Positions 21,838 to 31,009 of a stretch of DNA of 63,561 nucleotides are shown piece by piece. Position 1 is the first letter of the stretch. Each line of letters opens with the position of its first letter. The stretch spans positions 77,700 to 141,260 of the forward strand of contig JAHYJR010000004.1 in NCBI GenBank assembly GCA_019429005.1, written 5' to 3'. Source of the DNA: Nanobdellati archaeon (GTDB lineage: Archaea > EX4484-52 > GLR71). A model generated the notes under the pieces. The model was not told the DNA's origin. It was given only the letters and a program-made list of their open reading frames with translations, and made no database searches. A program made the position numbers and the translations under genes.

Positions 21838-23199
21838 ATGGGTGAAATAAAAGAGGGATCTGCTTTTGGTAATTTTAATCTAAATGGTTCAAATGGTGAT
21901 TTATATAAATTATTAAATAAATTAGGAAGATTACCTGAAAATTTTGATGAAAAACCATTATTAAATCTTCTTAATCATCAAAGTGACAAAGTAAGATTTT
22001 TGGTTGTAAAAAATCTAGCAAAATTATCAAAATTTTCTTTAATTGAAACCTATATCAATCTAATTAATAATGATGAAAGTTCAACAGTTAGAAGAGAAGC
22101 GGCATCAGCAATAGGTAGACTAAGAAATTCAAATGCTAAACAAACAATGTTTAATTTACTTAATGATAATGATCCTGAAGTAGTTTTACAATCAATTAGA
22201 GGGTTACTTGTTTTTAAGAAAGATGAAGATGTTAAAAATAAGTTATTTAGTCTAAAAGAACACCCTAATGAAATAATCCAAGAAGTAGTAAAAAAAGAAT
22301 TCAAATTAAATAATAATCCTATAAGCAAAGATGAAGATCATACAAAATCTCCCAATTTTATGAAAAATGCAGTAATTCAAGGAGATGTTAGAGAAACACT
22401 TAAACTTGTTCCAGATGAATCAGTTCATTTAACTTTTACTTCTCCGCCTTATTATAATGCAAGAGATTATTCAACATATAAAAGTTATCAAGAATACTTA
22501 GATTTTTTAGAATCTGTTTTTAAGGAAGTTCATAGGGTTACTAAAGAGGGGAGATTTTTCTTGTTAAATACTTCCCCTATAATTATTCCAAGGGTGGGTA
22601 GACAATATTCTAGTAAAAGATATCCAATCCCTTATGATATCCACCCACTTTTAATAAAAATGGGTTGGGAATTTATTGATGATATTGTATGGGCAAAACC
22701 TGAGGCAAGTGCAAAAAATAGAAATGCTGGTTTTCTCCAACACAGAAAACCATTAGGATATAAACCAAATGCTTGTAGTGAATGTGTTATGGTTTATAGA
22801 AAAAAAACGGATAAACTAATTGATTGGAATATAAAACAATATGATAAAAAAATTGTAGAAGAGAGTAAAATAAAAGGAGATTATGAATCTTCAAATATAT
22901 GGAATATTGATCCTACATTTGATAAAACACATAGTGCTGTTTTCCCAATCGAACTATGCAATAAAGTTATTAAATTTTATTCATTTAAAGGAGATTTAGT
23001 TTTTGATCCATTCGCCGGAAGCGGAACTTTTGGCAAATCGGCTATAAATTTAAACAGATTTTTTTTCTTAACCGAACAAAAGAAACAATATGTAGACAGA
23101 ATAAAAGAAAATATGAGTCAAAGTAAAATATTTTCAGATAATAATTTAAAACCAAAATTTTTAAACATAAACGAATTTGAAAAGGTAATAAAAAAATGA
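21838..23199 (+). CDS. HEAT-repeat-fused beta-class DNA methyltransferase (N4-C, M.CfrBI-like)
   Basis: N-terminal VR..AA.A.G.L HEAT repeats; TSPPYY, HSAVFP, DPFAGSGT; TATA-like element supports ATG 21838. Confidence 0.88.
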   Translation: MGEIKEGSAFGNFNLNGSNGDLYKLLNKLGRLPENFDEKPLLNLLNHQSDKVRFLVVKNLAKLSKFSLIETYINLINNDESSTVRREAASAIGRLRNSNAKQTMFNLLNDNDPEVVLQSIRGLLVFKKDEDVKNKLFSLKEHPNEIIQEVVKKEFKLNNNPISKDEDHTKSPNFMKNAVIQGDVRETLKLVPDESVHLTFTSPPYYNARDYSTYKSYQEYLDFLESVFKEVHRVTKEGRFFLLNTSPIIIPRVGRQYSSKRYPIPYDIHPLLIKMGWEFIDDIVWAKPEASAKNRNAGFLQHRKPLGYKPNACSECVMVYRKKTDKLIDWNIKQYDKKIVEESKIKGDYESSNIWNIDPTFDKTHSAVFPIELCNKVIKFYSFKGDLVFDPFAGSGTFGKSAINLNRFFFLTEQKKQYVDRIKENMSQSKIFSDNNLKPKFLNINEFEKVIKK

Positions 23200-24119
23200 C
23201 AATAACATTAACTGAAGCAGTAGCAAAAAATATCATTACTAAATTGATAAATGGAGAAGATTATAGAATAGAAATAGTTACACTAATTAATGCCGAATTT
23301 TTACAGTATACTGTTGATTTCTTTAAAAAAATTGTAGAAGCAAAACTAAGAAACAAAGACATAACTGTTGATTGGTACAAAAAAGAATTTTTAGATGAAA
23401 ATCTTACATCAGAAGAAATAGCAATAAATTCAGGTTTAAACAAGAAAACTATATCAAATATGTATAATTCTGCAACTAAAGAGATTGTAATTGAAGCCTC
23501 AAAAGAACACTATGAAGAACTATATCAAGCCATACAAACTTTAGTAGATGGAGAAAATGAACTTAACATAACGCTCACTTTAAAATTTAAAGGAGTTAGT
23601 GTTGATTTAAATGTTAGTGAAAGTTTGATTGTAATAAATACTTTAGCTGTAAAACGAGCAGCATTAAGAGGCGGACTATGGAGTACCGCGGGTAAAAGAG
23701 TTGAAAAACCTTTAATGCAAACTCTATGTAAAATTTATAATGTTAGTGATGAGAATTACAAGGTTAAAATAAAAAGTAAAATCAAAGGTAAAGTTGATTT
23801 TGTAAGAGAAATCGATTTCTATTTAGTTAATAACGGACAAAACCACAAATGCGAAGTTAAACTAATGGGCAAAGGAAACCCTGAAAGTGCAGACGCAGTA
23901 ATAGCAAGGGATAGTAAGGTTTTTGTTGCCGATAAACTTTCCGATACAAATAAAAAACAATTAGACAGCCTTAAAGTTGAATGGGTTGAAATGCGAGATC
24001 ATGATGGATACAAGAGGTTTAAAAAAATCCTTGAAAACTTAAAAATACCTCATACAGATTTTAATGGAAATATTAACGAAAAATTAAAAGAAATTTACAG
24101 TGAATTATTTGAACAATAA
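23196..24119 (+). CDS. type II restriction endonuclease, CfrBI family
   Basis: GEDYR.EI..LI, RGGLWSTAGK.VEKPLM, REIDF, CEVKLMGKGNPES; ATGA overlap with the MTase. Confidence 0.8.
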   Translation: MTITLTEAVAKNIITKLINGEDYRIEIVTLINAEFLQYTVDFFKKIVEAKLRNKDITVDWYKKEFLDENLTSEEIAINSGLNKKTISNMYNSATKEIVIEASKEHYEELYQAIQTLVDGENELNITLTLKFKGVSVDLNVSESLIVINTLAVKRAALRGGLWSTAGKRVEKPLMQTLCKIYNVSDENYKVKIKSKIKGKVDFVREIDFYLVNNGQNHKCEVKLMGKGNPESADAVIARDSKVFVADKLSDTNKKQLDSLKVEWVEMRDHDGYKRFKKILENLKIPHTDFNGNINEKLKEIYSELFEQ

Positions 24120-24265
24120 AAGCCCCTCTATTTTCTTTTTTTAGAAAAAAGAAACAAAAAATCTGGACTCCCCCTCGTCCTTCGGACATATTGGCTCCTT
24201 TCAGTCGATATTTATTAACGTGAAAATTTAACTGAGCCTTCGGCTTTTTTTCTTGCAGAAAAAAC

Positions 24266-24351
24266 GTATAACAAGGATTTAGAGATTCCGCCTTGCAGGC
24301 TCCATCCAAATTTTTGCTTCGCAAAAACTTCTCTAAATCCTGATGTTAGTT
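24266..24351 (+). repeat. attC-like site 2
   Basis: GTATAACA-AGGATTTAGAGA ... TCTCTAAATCCT-GA-TGTTAGTT, 86 bp. Confidence 0.8.
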
Positions 24352-24462
24352 GCAATTTAGTTTAAGTTTAAAATGTTCTTTTAAAAAAAGAAGCAAAAGG
24401 GGGGAATTCCGTCCTTCGGACATATACACTCCCTACGGTCGATATTTATGTGGGCAAGAAAA

Positions 24463-25785
24463 CTAACCTAAGATAATCTTTTCTACTTCTAACTTTGCTT
24501 TTTCTAATTCTTCTTTTGTTTCTTTCTGCAATGTTTCTGCTTTTTGCATTCTTTTTTTAACTTCGTCAGCAATTTTATTCTGAACAGAAAGAGGGGGCAG
24601 AGGGATTTTTAATTTTGATAAATCTCTTGAATAAACATGAGGTTGTCCTGCTCCTTGTTGCATATTATAAACAAATTTCTGTTTTGCTTTCATAACCCAA
24701 AACAAGTAAAAAGTAGAAACATCTTTCTCGTCTAAAGATTTAATTACTGTACAATCAGAAGCGAAAATAGGATAATTGTGAAACCATACATAACCAGAAT
24801 AAGCACCAGATGCACTTACAGTTATTATATTTCCCTTATAGTTATATTTATCTATTGAATATGGACTTGATTGACCTCCTGCAATTACGGGATACTCTCC
24901 AGAAGTAATATTTTCTTTAGTAATGCTTTGACCTTTTGTTAAACTTGAAACTTCACCTAAAGTTTTTTCTTTAAATTTTTCAGAACTTGGCGTATCTTGA
25001 GGATGTGCAAAACTTATAGGGTCAATTCTGCCAATTTCAACTTCTTCAAAATTAATCGTAAAGCACATTTTATCTTCTGATTTATGAAGTTTTATTCCTA
25101 ATTCATCAAGAATATAATCGTTTATTGAATCAATAAGTTTCCGGGCTTCTGTTTCTTTATAATTTTTTGAGGAGTAAGCATTATCCATTAAAGAAACTAT
25201 TTTATTTTGAATTTCTAAAGATGGCATAGGAATTTCGATTTCTTTTAATTCTTTTACAGAAACAATATTCCTAATAGCAGAGCCATAAGCAAATTCATTC
25301 CCTTCAATTAATTTTTCGATTATATATCTAAATATCACTAAGAAATATTTAAGATTAATATTTTCGTTCAATCTAATTCTTAATAATGCTTGATTAATTA
25401 CACCTTTACGAAATTTTTCAGGAATAATAACCAATTTACCGATAGTTCCTGAACAACTCATAAGAATATCATTTTTTTGAACAGAGAAAGATTTTAATCT
25501 TTGAAAATCCCCATCAGAAATAAAATATCTTGCCCTATTTGGATTATTTTTTATCGCATTATATTGTTCATAAACTTGATAATTTTCAGGTCTATCATCT
25601 ACAAATATCTCTTTTTTTATTGAACCCCCGAAAGGCCCTCTTTTTAATTGAGCAATTTCTCCAAATTTAACTACCTTAAATTTTTTAAAATTTAAAAAAT
25701 CATCAGAACAATTCAATCTTTTATAATTACTTTCTACATCAAATCTTCCTTGTGTTTCTTCAATCAAAACTGTAAAGCATTCCAT
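24463..25785 (-). CDS. hsdS: type I-like R-M specificity (S) subunit
   Basis: two TRDs, each followed by IP.P.L..QNKI helices; GPFGG, DILMSCSGTIGK. Confidence 0.88.
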   Translation of the reverse strand: MECFTVLIEETQGRFDVESNYKRLNCSDDFLNFKKFKVVKFGEIAQLKRGPFGGSIKKEIFVDDRPENYQVYEQYNAIKNNPNRARYFISDGDFQRLKSFSVQKNDILMSCSGTIGKLVIIPEKFRKGVINQALLRIRLNENINLKYFLVIFRYIIEKLIEGNEFAYGSAIRNIVSVKELKEIEIPMPSLEIQNKIVSLMDNAYSSKNYKETEARKLIDSINDYILDELGIKLHKSEDKMCFTINFEEVEIGRIDPISFAHPQDTPSSEKFKEKTLGEVSSLTKGQSITKENITSGEYPVIAGGQSSPYSIDKYNYKGNIITVSASGAYSGYVWFHNYPIFASDCTVIKSLDEKDVSTFYLFWVMKAKQKFVYNMQQGAGQPHVYSRDLSKLKIPLPPLSVQNKIADEVKKRMQKAETLQKETKEELEKAKLEVEKIILG

Positions 25786-25787
25786 CT

Positions 25788-27599
25788 TTAACAGCCCTCG
25801 TAAGATGTTGGTTTTTTCTCAAACTTTCTATACTCGAGCAAAATTTTATCTAAATCGTTTATTGGGTCTTTTCTTCCTGTCGCATCATAACCAATATGTT
25901 TCGCAATCGCCATAAAAATAGGATAATTGCCTAATCTCTCGTCTTTCTTTTTCTTACGAACAAATACTAAAGATGATTTTACTCCTGCTCCAAAATGGCT
26001 AAATGCTATTTGAGGAAGTGAAACAACTGCTTCTATTTGTGCGTGTTCCATTAAGAAATCTCTAACATATTGCAAAGAACTATTTGTTAAAATTCCGTCA
26101 GGCAAAACTATTCCCATTTTACCACTGCCACTTTTCAGAAATTCTAAACATCTCTCAATAAATAAAATTTCTGTTTTTTGATTTTTACGATTTTCTCCGA
26201 GTTTGTATTTTCCTAAATAATCGTGTTCTGTTGATTTAACACTTGCCCCAAATGGTGGATTAGTTAAAATAATATCAAATTTATTTTTCCCAAAACCTTG
26301 ATGAATCTCTGAAATTTCATTCACATTTCTTAAAGAATCTGTTGAAATAACATTTGTATGCCCATCATCATGAATAATCATATTCATTTTACAAACTCTT
26401 GCGATTTGATCATTTATCTCAATTCCATAAAGTTTGTCTTTCGCAAAATCGTGCCACATTCTAAAATTTTCTTCTGGACTATCAGGAAATTCTTTATCTG
26501 CTAATTCTCTAACATAATCCATAGCATTAAGCAAAAATCCACCACTACCACAAGCAGGGTCTAAAACAAGTTTATCTTCTTCTGGCTTTAACATTTTTAC
26601 AGCAAATTGAATAACTTCACGAGGAGTAAAAAACTGCCCCATTTTTCCTTTAAAGAAATCTTCCATAAAACGCTCAAAAGCAACGCCTTTTGTATCTAAA
26701 TCTGTTTTATTAAAATTAATACTCTGTAAATGTTCAACCACACCATAAACAACTTTTGGATTTAATTTTATATCTTCTTTAAAGACTTCTGCATCTTTTG
26801 TTTTCGCATATTGATATATTTGATCCACTCTCTTAAAAACTTCCTCTGGCGTTTCATGAGTTCCAATCTGAAATTTATATGGCTCTCCTTTTTTGGTTAC
26901 AGTTCTTTCTTTTTCTTCTTGTAATTTACAAAAAAGTAATTTTGATACTTCATCAAAAGCAGCAGTTGGGCTTAATTTCCCACCTTGCCAAATAGTATCA
27001 TGTGCTTTATCTAAAACTCTAATCAAATCATCACGAGAAACAAGTTTTAAATCTTTATCCGGGTCGCCCTTGATAAATTTATATTTTGGTGCTTGTCCGT
27101 ATCGCTCTGGAATATCTGCAATAACATTTTTTTCTCTTTCTCTTTGTGTAAATCCAGAAACATCAAAAGCAGTTCGTGTAGTTCCTGCAACAACAATCGC
27201 ATATTTCGCTCTCTTGCTGTTTGCGTTTCCAAACGCTTGTTCTATTGCTTGTTTAAATTCTGCGTCTGTAATTCCATCTTTTTTACATTCAACAATCAAA
27301 TAATCTTTTCCATCTTTATCATAAACAACAATATCGGCTCTATCGTCAGGTATTCGTCGCTCAACTTTTACTTCAATATCAATATTTTCTTTAGGGTATT
27401 TTTTATCCAAAACTAACTCAACAAAATAAGAAGCCCTTACTTTTTCTTCTGGATTTGTAAATGTTGTAGAATACTCACGCTTACAAAAATAAGTTATTCT
27501 CTTTTTATCATCAGAAAGTTTAATGATTTTTTCTTTAAGCCCTCGATCAACATTTTCCATGAAAATAGTATTATTATCAATATTATTATCTTCACTCAT
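25788..27599 (-). CDS. fused HSDR_N-like endonuclease / N6-adenine methyltransferase (type IIB/IIG-like R-M subunit)
   Basis: PEEKVR, RADIVVY...IVECKK (PD-(D/E)xK), GQFFTPR, LDPACGSGGFL, TNPPFG. Confidence 0.88.
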   Translation of the reverse strand: MSEDNNIDNNTIFMENVDRGLKEKIIKLSDDKKRITYFCKREYSTTFTNPEEKVRASYFVELVLDKKYPKENIDIEVKVERRIPDDRADIVVYDKDGKDYLIVECKKDGITDAEFKQAIEQAFGNANSKRAKYAIVVAGTTRTAFDVSGFTQREREKNVIADIPERYGQAPKYKFIKGDPDKDLKLVSRDDLIRVLDKAHDTIWQGGKLSPTAAFDEVSKLLFCKLQEEKERTVTKKGEPYKFQIGTHETPEEVFKRVDQIYQYAKTKDAEVFKEDIKLNPKVVYGVVEHLQSINFNKTDLDTKGVAFERFMEDFFKGKMGQFFTPREVIQFAVKMLKPEEDKLVLDPACGSGGFLLNAMDYVRELADKEFPDSPEENFRMWHDFAKDKLYGIEINDQIARVCKMNMIIHDDGHTNVISTDSLRNVNEISEIHQGFGKNKFDIILTNPPFGASVKSTEHDYLGKYKLGENRKNQKTEILFIERCLEFLKSGSGKMGIVLPDGILTNSSLQYVRDFLMEHAQIEAVVSLPQIAFSHFGAGVKSSLVFVRKKKKDERLGNYPIFMAIAKHIGYDATGRKDPINDLDKILLEYRKFEKKPTSYEGC

Positions 27600-27739
27600 T
27601 TTCTCGCCCCCTTTTTCATCTGTTCTTCCATCATAATTTCTACTTGGCGAGAAACTAATAAACCTTTCTTCTTGCAGAAATCTCTATATTTATCATAAAT
27701 TTTTGAATCAACACGCAAAGTTATATTTTTTGAATCCAT
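27596..27739 (-). CDS. 47-aa ribbon-helix-helix regulator (not in the ORF track)
   Basis: MDSKNITLRVDSKIYDKYRDFCKKKGLLVSRQVEIMMEEQMKKGARK; alternating N-terminal strand plus two helices; ATGA overlap with the MTase. Confidence 0.75.
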   Translation of the reverse strand: MDSKNITLRVDSKIYDKYRDFCKKKGLLVSRQVEIMMEEQMKKGARK

Positions 27740-27740
27740 T

Positions 27741-28655
27741 TTAACCCCTATTAATTTTTTCGTAACTATTTTTAATAAGTGACATCACAAGAGGCAGTTC
27801 TTCTATTTTTGAGATGGTTACTTCATAATCCAATGCTCCCCAATGTCCAATCTTTGAAACATCTCTTACAATATCATTATTCAAATCATTTTTTGATAAG
27901 TTAAGATATAATTTTATTTTTTGCTTTTTGAAAACAAAATACGCAAAATTTATATTACTTTTAAAAGCGATATATTGCTTTTTTGGAAGAATCTCAATAT
28001 TATCATCAATTGCTAAAATCTGATTTTTTAATTCGTCATATAATGATTTTGTTTCATCTGAAGAATTATTTAAATGGTCTTCTTCAGTATAAACCTTTAC
28101 TTCACTACTTACTTTTTGAACAACACTACTTTTTTTACTGATTTTGTTTATTGATTCAGAATTTTCATGTGACCTTAATCTTGTATATTGAATTAAATCG
28201 TTTTCATATTTTGATATTTCCCATAATTCAATAGGTAAATCCTTAAAATTTATTGCTTGTTGTTGATATTTTGAAAAAGCAGGAGAAACAAATAAAACTC
28301 TTGATTGCGACCAATCAACATTTTCTCTTTTCAAATTCCTATCGCAATTCTCATTATATTCCAAAATAAAATCTGCTTTGTTATTAAGCATTAAAGAAAG
28401 ATAAGCATAACCTTGATCTATTACACTAAAATTTTTATCTCGCTTATATTCAATAATCACAAAACTATTATTTTCATTATCGTAAGCAAGAGTATCTATT
28501 CTTAGTCCATTTAAAGAAAATTCTGATTTAACTATTTGTAATCCAAATATATCGTTTAAGTTTTTCTCTGTTAAATCTTGAATTTCTTTTTCCAACTTAA
28601 AAGATAATTGTTTAATTCTGTTGAGTTTATTAGTTGAGTTTTTGAAGATTGCCAT
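27741..28655 (-). CDS. NucS-like PD-(D/E)xK nuclease with C-terminal DUF5655 domain
   Basis: LEKEIQ, RIDTLAYD...IIEYK, Q...Y; C-terminal K.YIAFK...RDVS.IGHWG..D.E. Confidence 0.8.
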   Translation of the reverse strand: MAIFKNSTNKLNRIKQLSFKLEKEIQDLTEKNLNDIFGLQIVKSEFSLNGLRIDTLAYDNENNSFVIIEYKRDKNFSVIDQGYAYLSLMLNNKADFILEYNENCDRNLKRENVDWSQSRVLFVSPAFSKYQQQAINFKDLPIELWEISKYENDLIQYTRLRSHENSESINKISKKSSVVQKVSSEVKVYTEEDHLNNSSDETKSLYDELKNQILAIDDNIEILPKKQYIAFKSNINFAYFVFKKQKIKLYLNLSKNDLNNDIVRDVSKIGHWGALDYEVTISKIEELPLVMSLIKNSYEKINRG

Positions 28656-28873
28656 CTTACTAATACAAATGAAATCAAATATTTATAAATGTATCGCTAA
28701 AACCGTTTTCTTGCCCTAATGTTCTTTTAGAAAAAGAACTAAAAGCCCCCCTCTCGTCCTTCGGACATATACACTCGCTACGCTCGAAATTTATCTGAAC
28801 CTAAATACAACTCTTCGGGATTTTTTCACTTCGTGAAAAATCGTTGCACTATCCCTCGGTCACTTCGTGACGC

Positions 28874-28962
28874 AACTAACAGGGCTTAAAGGGTTCGCTC
28901 GTTGCACTTCGCTCTCTCAAATTTTTTGCTACGCAAAAAACGTCCCTTGCCCGATGTTAAGT
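28874..28962 (+). repeat. attC-like site 3
   Basis: AACTAACA-GGGC(TTA)AAGGG ... CCCTT-GCCC-GA-TGTTAAGT, 89 bp; right arm lacks 3 nt. Confidence 0.75.
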
Positions 28963-29014
28963 GCAATAATTTTTAGGGGCTCATAATACTAGATGTGGGC
29001 TTTGGATTATTTAT

Positions 29015-29605
29015 TTACTCTATGTAAAAATTCTGTTTATTTAGAAGATTAAAAGGAAGCTCTGGACGATTTTCAGATTTGAAATATTCTTTCATATATA
29101 ATTTAATTAATTCCTCTTTTGAGATACCATAAATTTCTTCAGTTATTTTTCCCTCAATAATTCTTCTTTGTTCTTCCTCCCTACCAAGAACAATTACAGT
29201 ATTTCCTGAACCAGATCCCTTTTTATATATATTTTCCTTTGCTTGTTCTAGCGTACAATTTTTTACATCAAATATATATGTCACTGAAAGAGGTCCAGAA
29301 TCCCAACTAAAATTAAATTCCCACAAGTCAAAAAATATTTTTTTTTCATTAGTATTTTTATCTTCATCAGACCATAAAAATGAAATAAAATACTTTTTAT
29401 CTTCTAGACTTGATAGCTTCATTCTTCCTGCCGGTCCCGCAGACTCAGTAGTTATTATTGAATAAAGATTTTTTATTGAAGCAGAATCATATCTAGATAA
29501 AACGGTTTTATTATTATCACCCATTACAGTTTCAATTCCTTCTTTAGGATATACAATTAATCCTGTATTTCTAAATTTTATTAATTCTGGATTAAAAAAT
29601 GACAT
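29015..29605 (-). CDS. hypothetical protein (cassette 4)
   Basis: ORF with own TTTATAAA box about 25 bp upstream of ATG 29605. Confidence 0.65.
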   Translation of the reverse strand: MSFFNPELIKFRNTGLIVYPKEGIETVMGDNNKTVLSRYDSASIKNLYSIITTESAGPAGRMKLSSLEDKKYFISFLWSDEDKNTNEKKIFFDLWEFNFSWDSGPLSVTYIFDVKNCTLEQAKENIYKKGSGSGNTVIVLGREEEQRRIIEGKITEEIYGISKEELIKLYMKEYFKSENRPELPFNLLNKQNFYIE

Positions 29606-29740
29606 TATATTATTATACAACAAGCTCTTTATAAATTTTCTGATTTTGACTACACTATTTAGTAGTTATTCTATTATTCTAGCACCAAAGCCCCAGAAGT
29701 TTTTTATATGTGTCGCTATGCTCCCTACCACCCCTAAAAA

Positions 29741-29814
29741 TAACTGAGCCTTCGGCTTTTTTTCTTGCAGAAAAAACACATAACAAGTGCTTTTAAAGTT
29801 TCGCTACACTTCAC
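29741..29814 (+). repeat. truncated attC-like site 4 with its 37-bp leader
   Basis: 29741-29777 is identical to 24229-24265, then ACATAACAAG...; the right arm is missing. Confidence 0.65.
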
Positions 29815-30402
29815 CTAGCTTTTCTTAATGATTTTCTTTAATTCACGTCTAAATCTTTGTGCTCTTTCCAGAGATGTTTTTGCTTTTGATTGGACTAATA
29901 CGTCACCCATATTATAAGTAAAAGTTCCTCTTTTCTTCTTTTCAAAGAAATAGTCTTCCATTAATTCATCGGCTTTCAGTTTTCCAAGAAGTTCAGCAGC
30001 ATCTTCTTTTGCTTCAATAAAATCATCTAATAATTCCCTCTGCAATTTTCCTGTCAGATAAAAATAATAGATTATTGAATCAAAAGTTACAGCATGAATT
30101 GAAAGGTCTGTTTTTATCTTAATACCACCATTTTCCAATAAGGCCCTTGCCATATAAAACATGCTATAATAACTAGCATTTACGACCCAAAGCAATCCAT
30201 TGAAACTTGTAAAACCAAGATATTGCTGTTTGTCTTGGTTGGTTGACAATTCAAATAATGCTTTTGCAGAATCAATTGAATCATCTGCATTTTTAAGATA
30301 AAAATCTATGTGTTCTGGTTTTTCCTTTGTTTTTATTATACCCTCACTTATGAATTGCTTCATTCGATTTTCTGCTTCTTTTAGCTTTTTTTCTTGTAAC
30401 AT
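29815..30402 (-). CDS. HEPN domain protein
   Basis: YYSMFYMARALL...H...R..FTY pattern; coupled to an MNT gene. Confidence 0.8.
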   Translation of the reverse strand: MLQEKKLKEAENRMKQFISEGIIKTKEKPEHIDFYLKNADDSIDSAKALFELSTNQDKQQYLGFTSFNGLLWVVNASYYSMFYMARALLENGGIKIKTDLSIHAVTFDSIIYYFYLTGKLQRELLDDFIEAKEDAAELLGKLKADELMEDYFFEKKKRGTFTYNMGDVLVQSKAKTSLERAQRFRRELKKIIKKS

Positions 30403-30403
30403 C

Positions 30404-31009
30404 TTATAATCGCCCCCGTTGAATTAATCTATAAAATAATTCAGCCCCATATAAAATTATATGTTTGTTTAATATTTCATTCATCACATTCTTTTCATCA
30501 CGTTTAGTAAGCATACTATAAACACTCTCAAATCCAATAACGTGCTCTTCAAAAGGCAAATCATAATTTGATGCAATATTATGAATGAATTTTTCATGAA
30601 ATTCTATTTTATCTGTACTATCCACAATCAACAGGATATCAATGTCTCGCGGTGTATCAGATTCAACTGTTGAACCAAATACAAGCAAAATAAAACTAGC
30701 TTCCTTGATTTTATTTATGATTTCTTCCATAAATAAATCAAGATCTTTGAACGTACCTTTACTTAATAAATCATCCCTTCTTGAATATTCAGCAAAAGCA
30801 AGAGTCTCATGATGGATTTTATAGTTTAGACTAAGATTCTTATGTTTATCTTGTTGAATAATATCATTTTCTATTAATGGCTGTATTGCCCTATGTGTAA
30901 GAGAGACATGCATATTTAATCTTCTTGCGACTTCTCTCAAAGTAAATGATTCGGTGATATGCCCGACAAATATTTGCAATACTTTTAGTGTTGATTTATT
31001 AAGATACAT
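30404..31009 (-). CDS. HTH + minimal nucleotidyltransferase (MNT antitoxin)
   Basis: N-terminal wHTH (TLREVARRL); LLVFGS...RDIDILL. Confidence 0.85.
   Translation of the reverse strand: MYLNKSTLKVLQIFVGHITESFTLREVARRLNMHVSLTHRAIQPLIENDIIQQDKHKNLSLNYKIHHETLAFAEYSRRDDLLSKGTFKDLDLFMEEIINKIKEASFILLVFGSTVESDTPRDIDILLIVDSTDKIEFHEKFIHNIASNYDLPFEEHVIGFESVYSMLTKRDEKNVMNEILNKHIILYGAELFYRLIQRGRL

Larger units (their letters stand above)
20468..29814 (+). mobile_element. integron-like gene cassette array lacking an integrase in the window (CALIN-like)
   Basis: four co-oriented TAAC...GTTA sites, cross-cassette core complementarity, defence cargo in mixed orientation, shared non-coding repeats. Confidence 0.8.

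Noticed and set aside
21430-28960. UUCG RNA tetraloops or a structured ncRNA
   Set aside because: Stem register gives 3-nt loops (C-TTC-G) that also vary to TAC/TGC, fitting bottom-strand GNA DNA triloops better.
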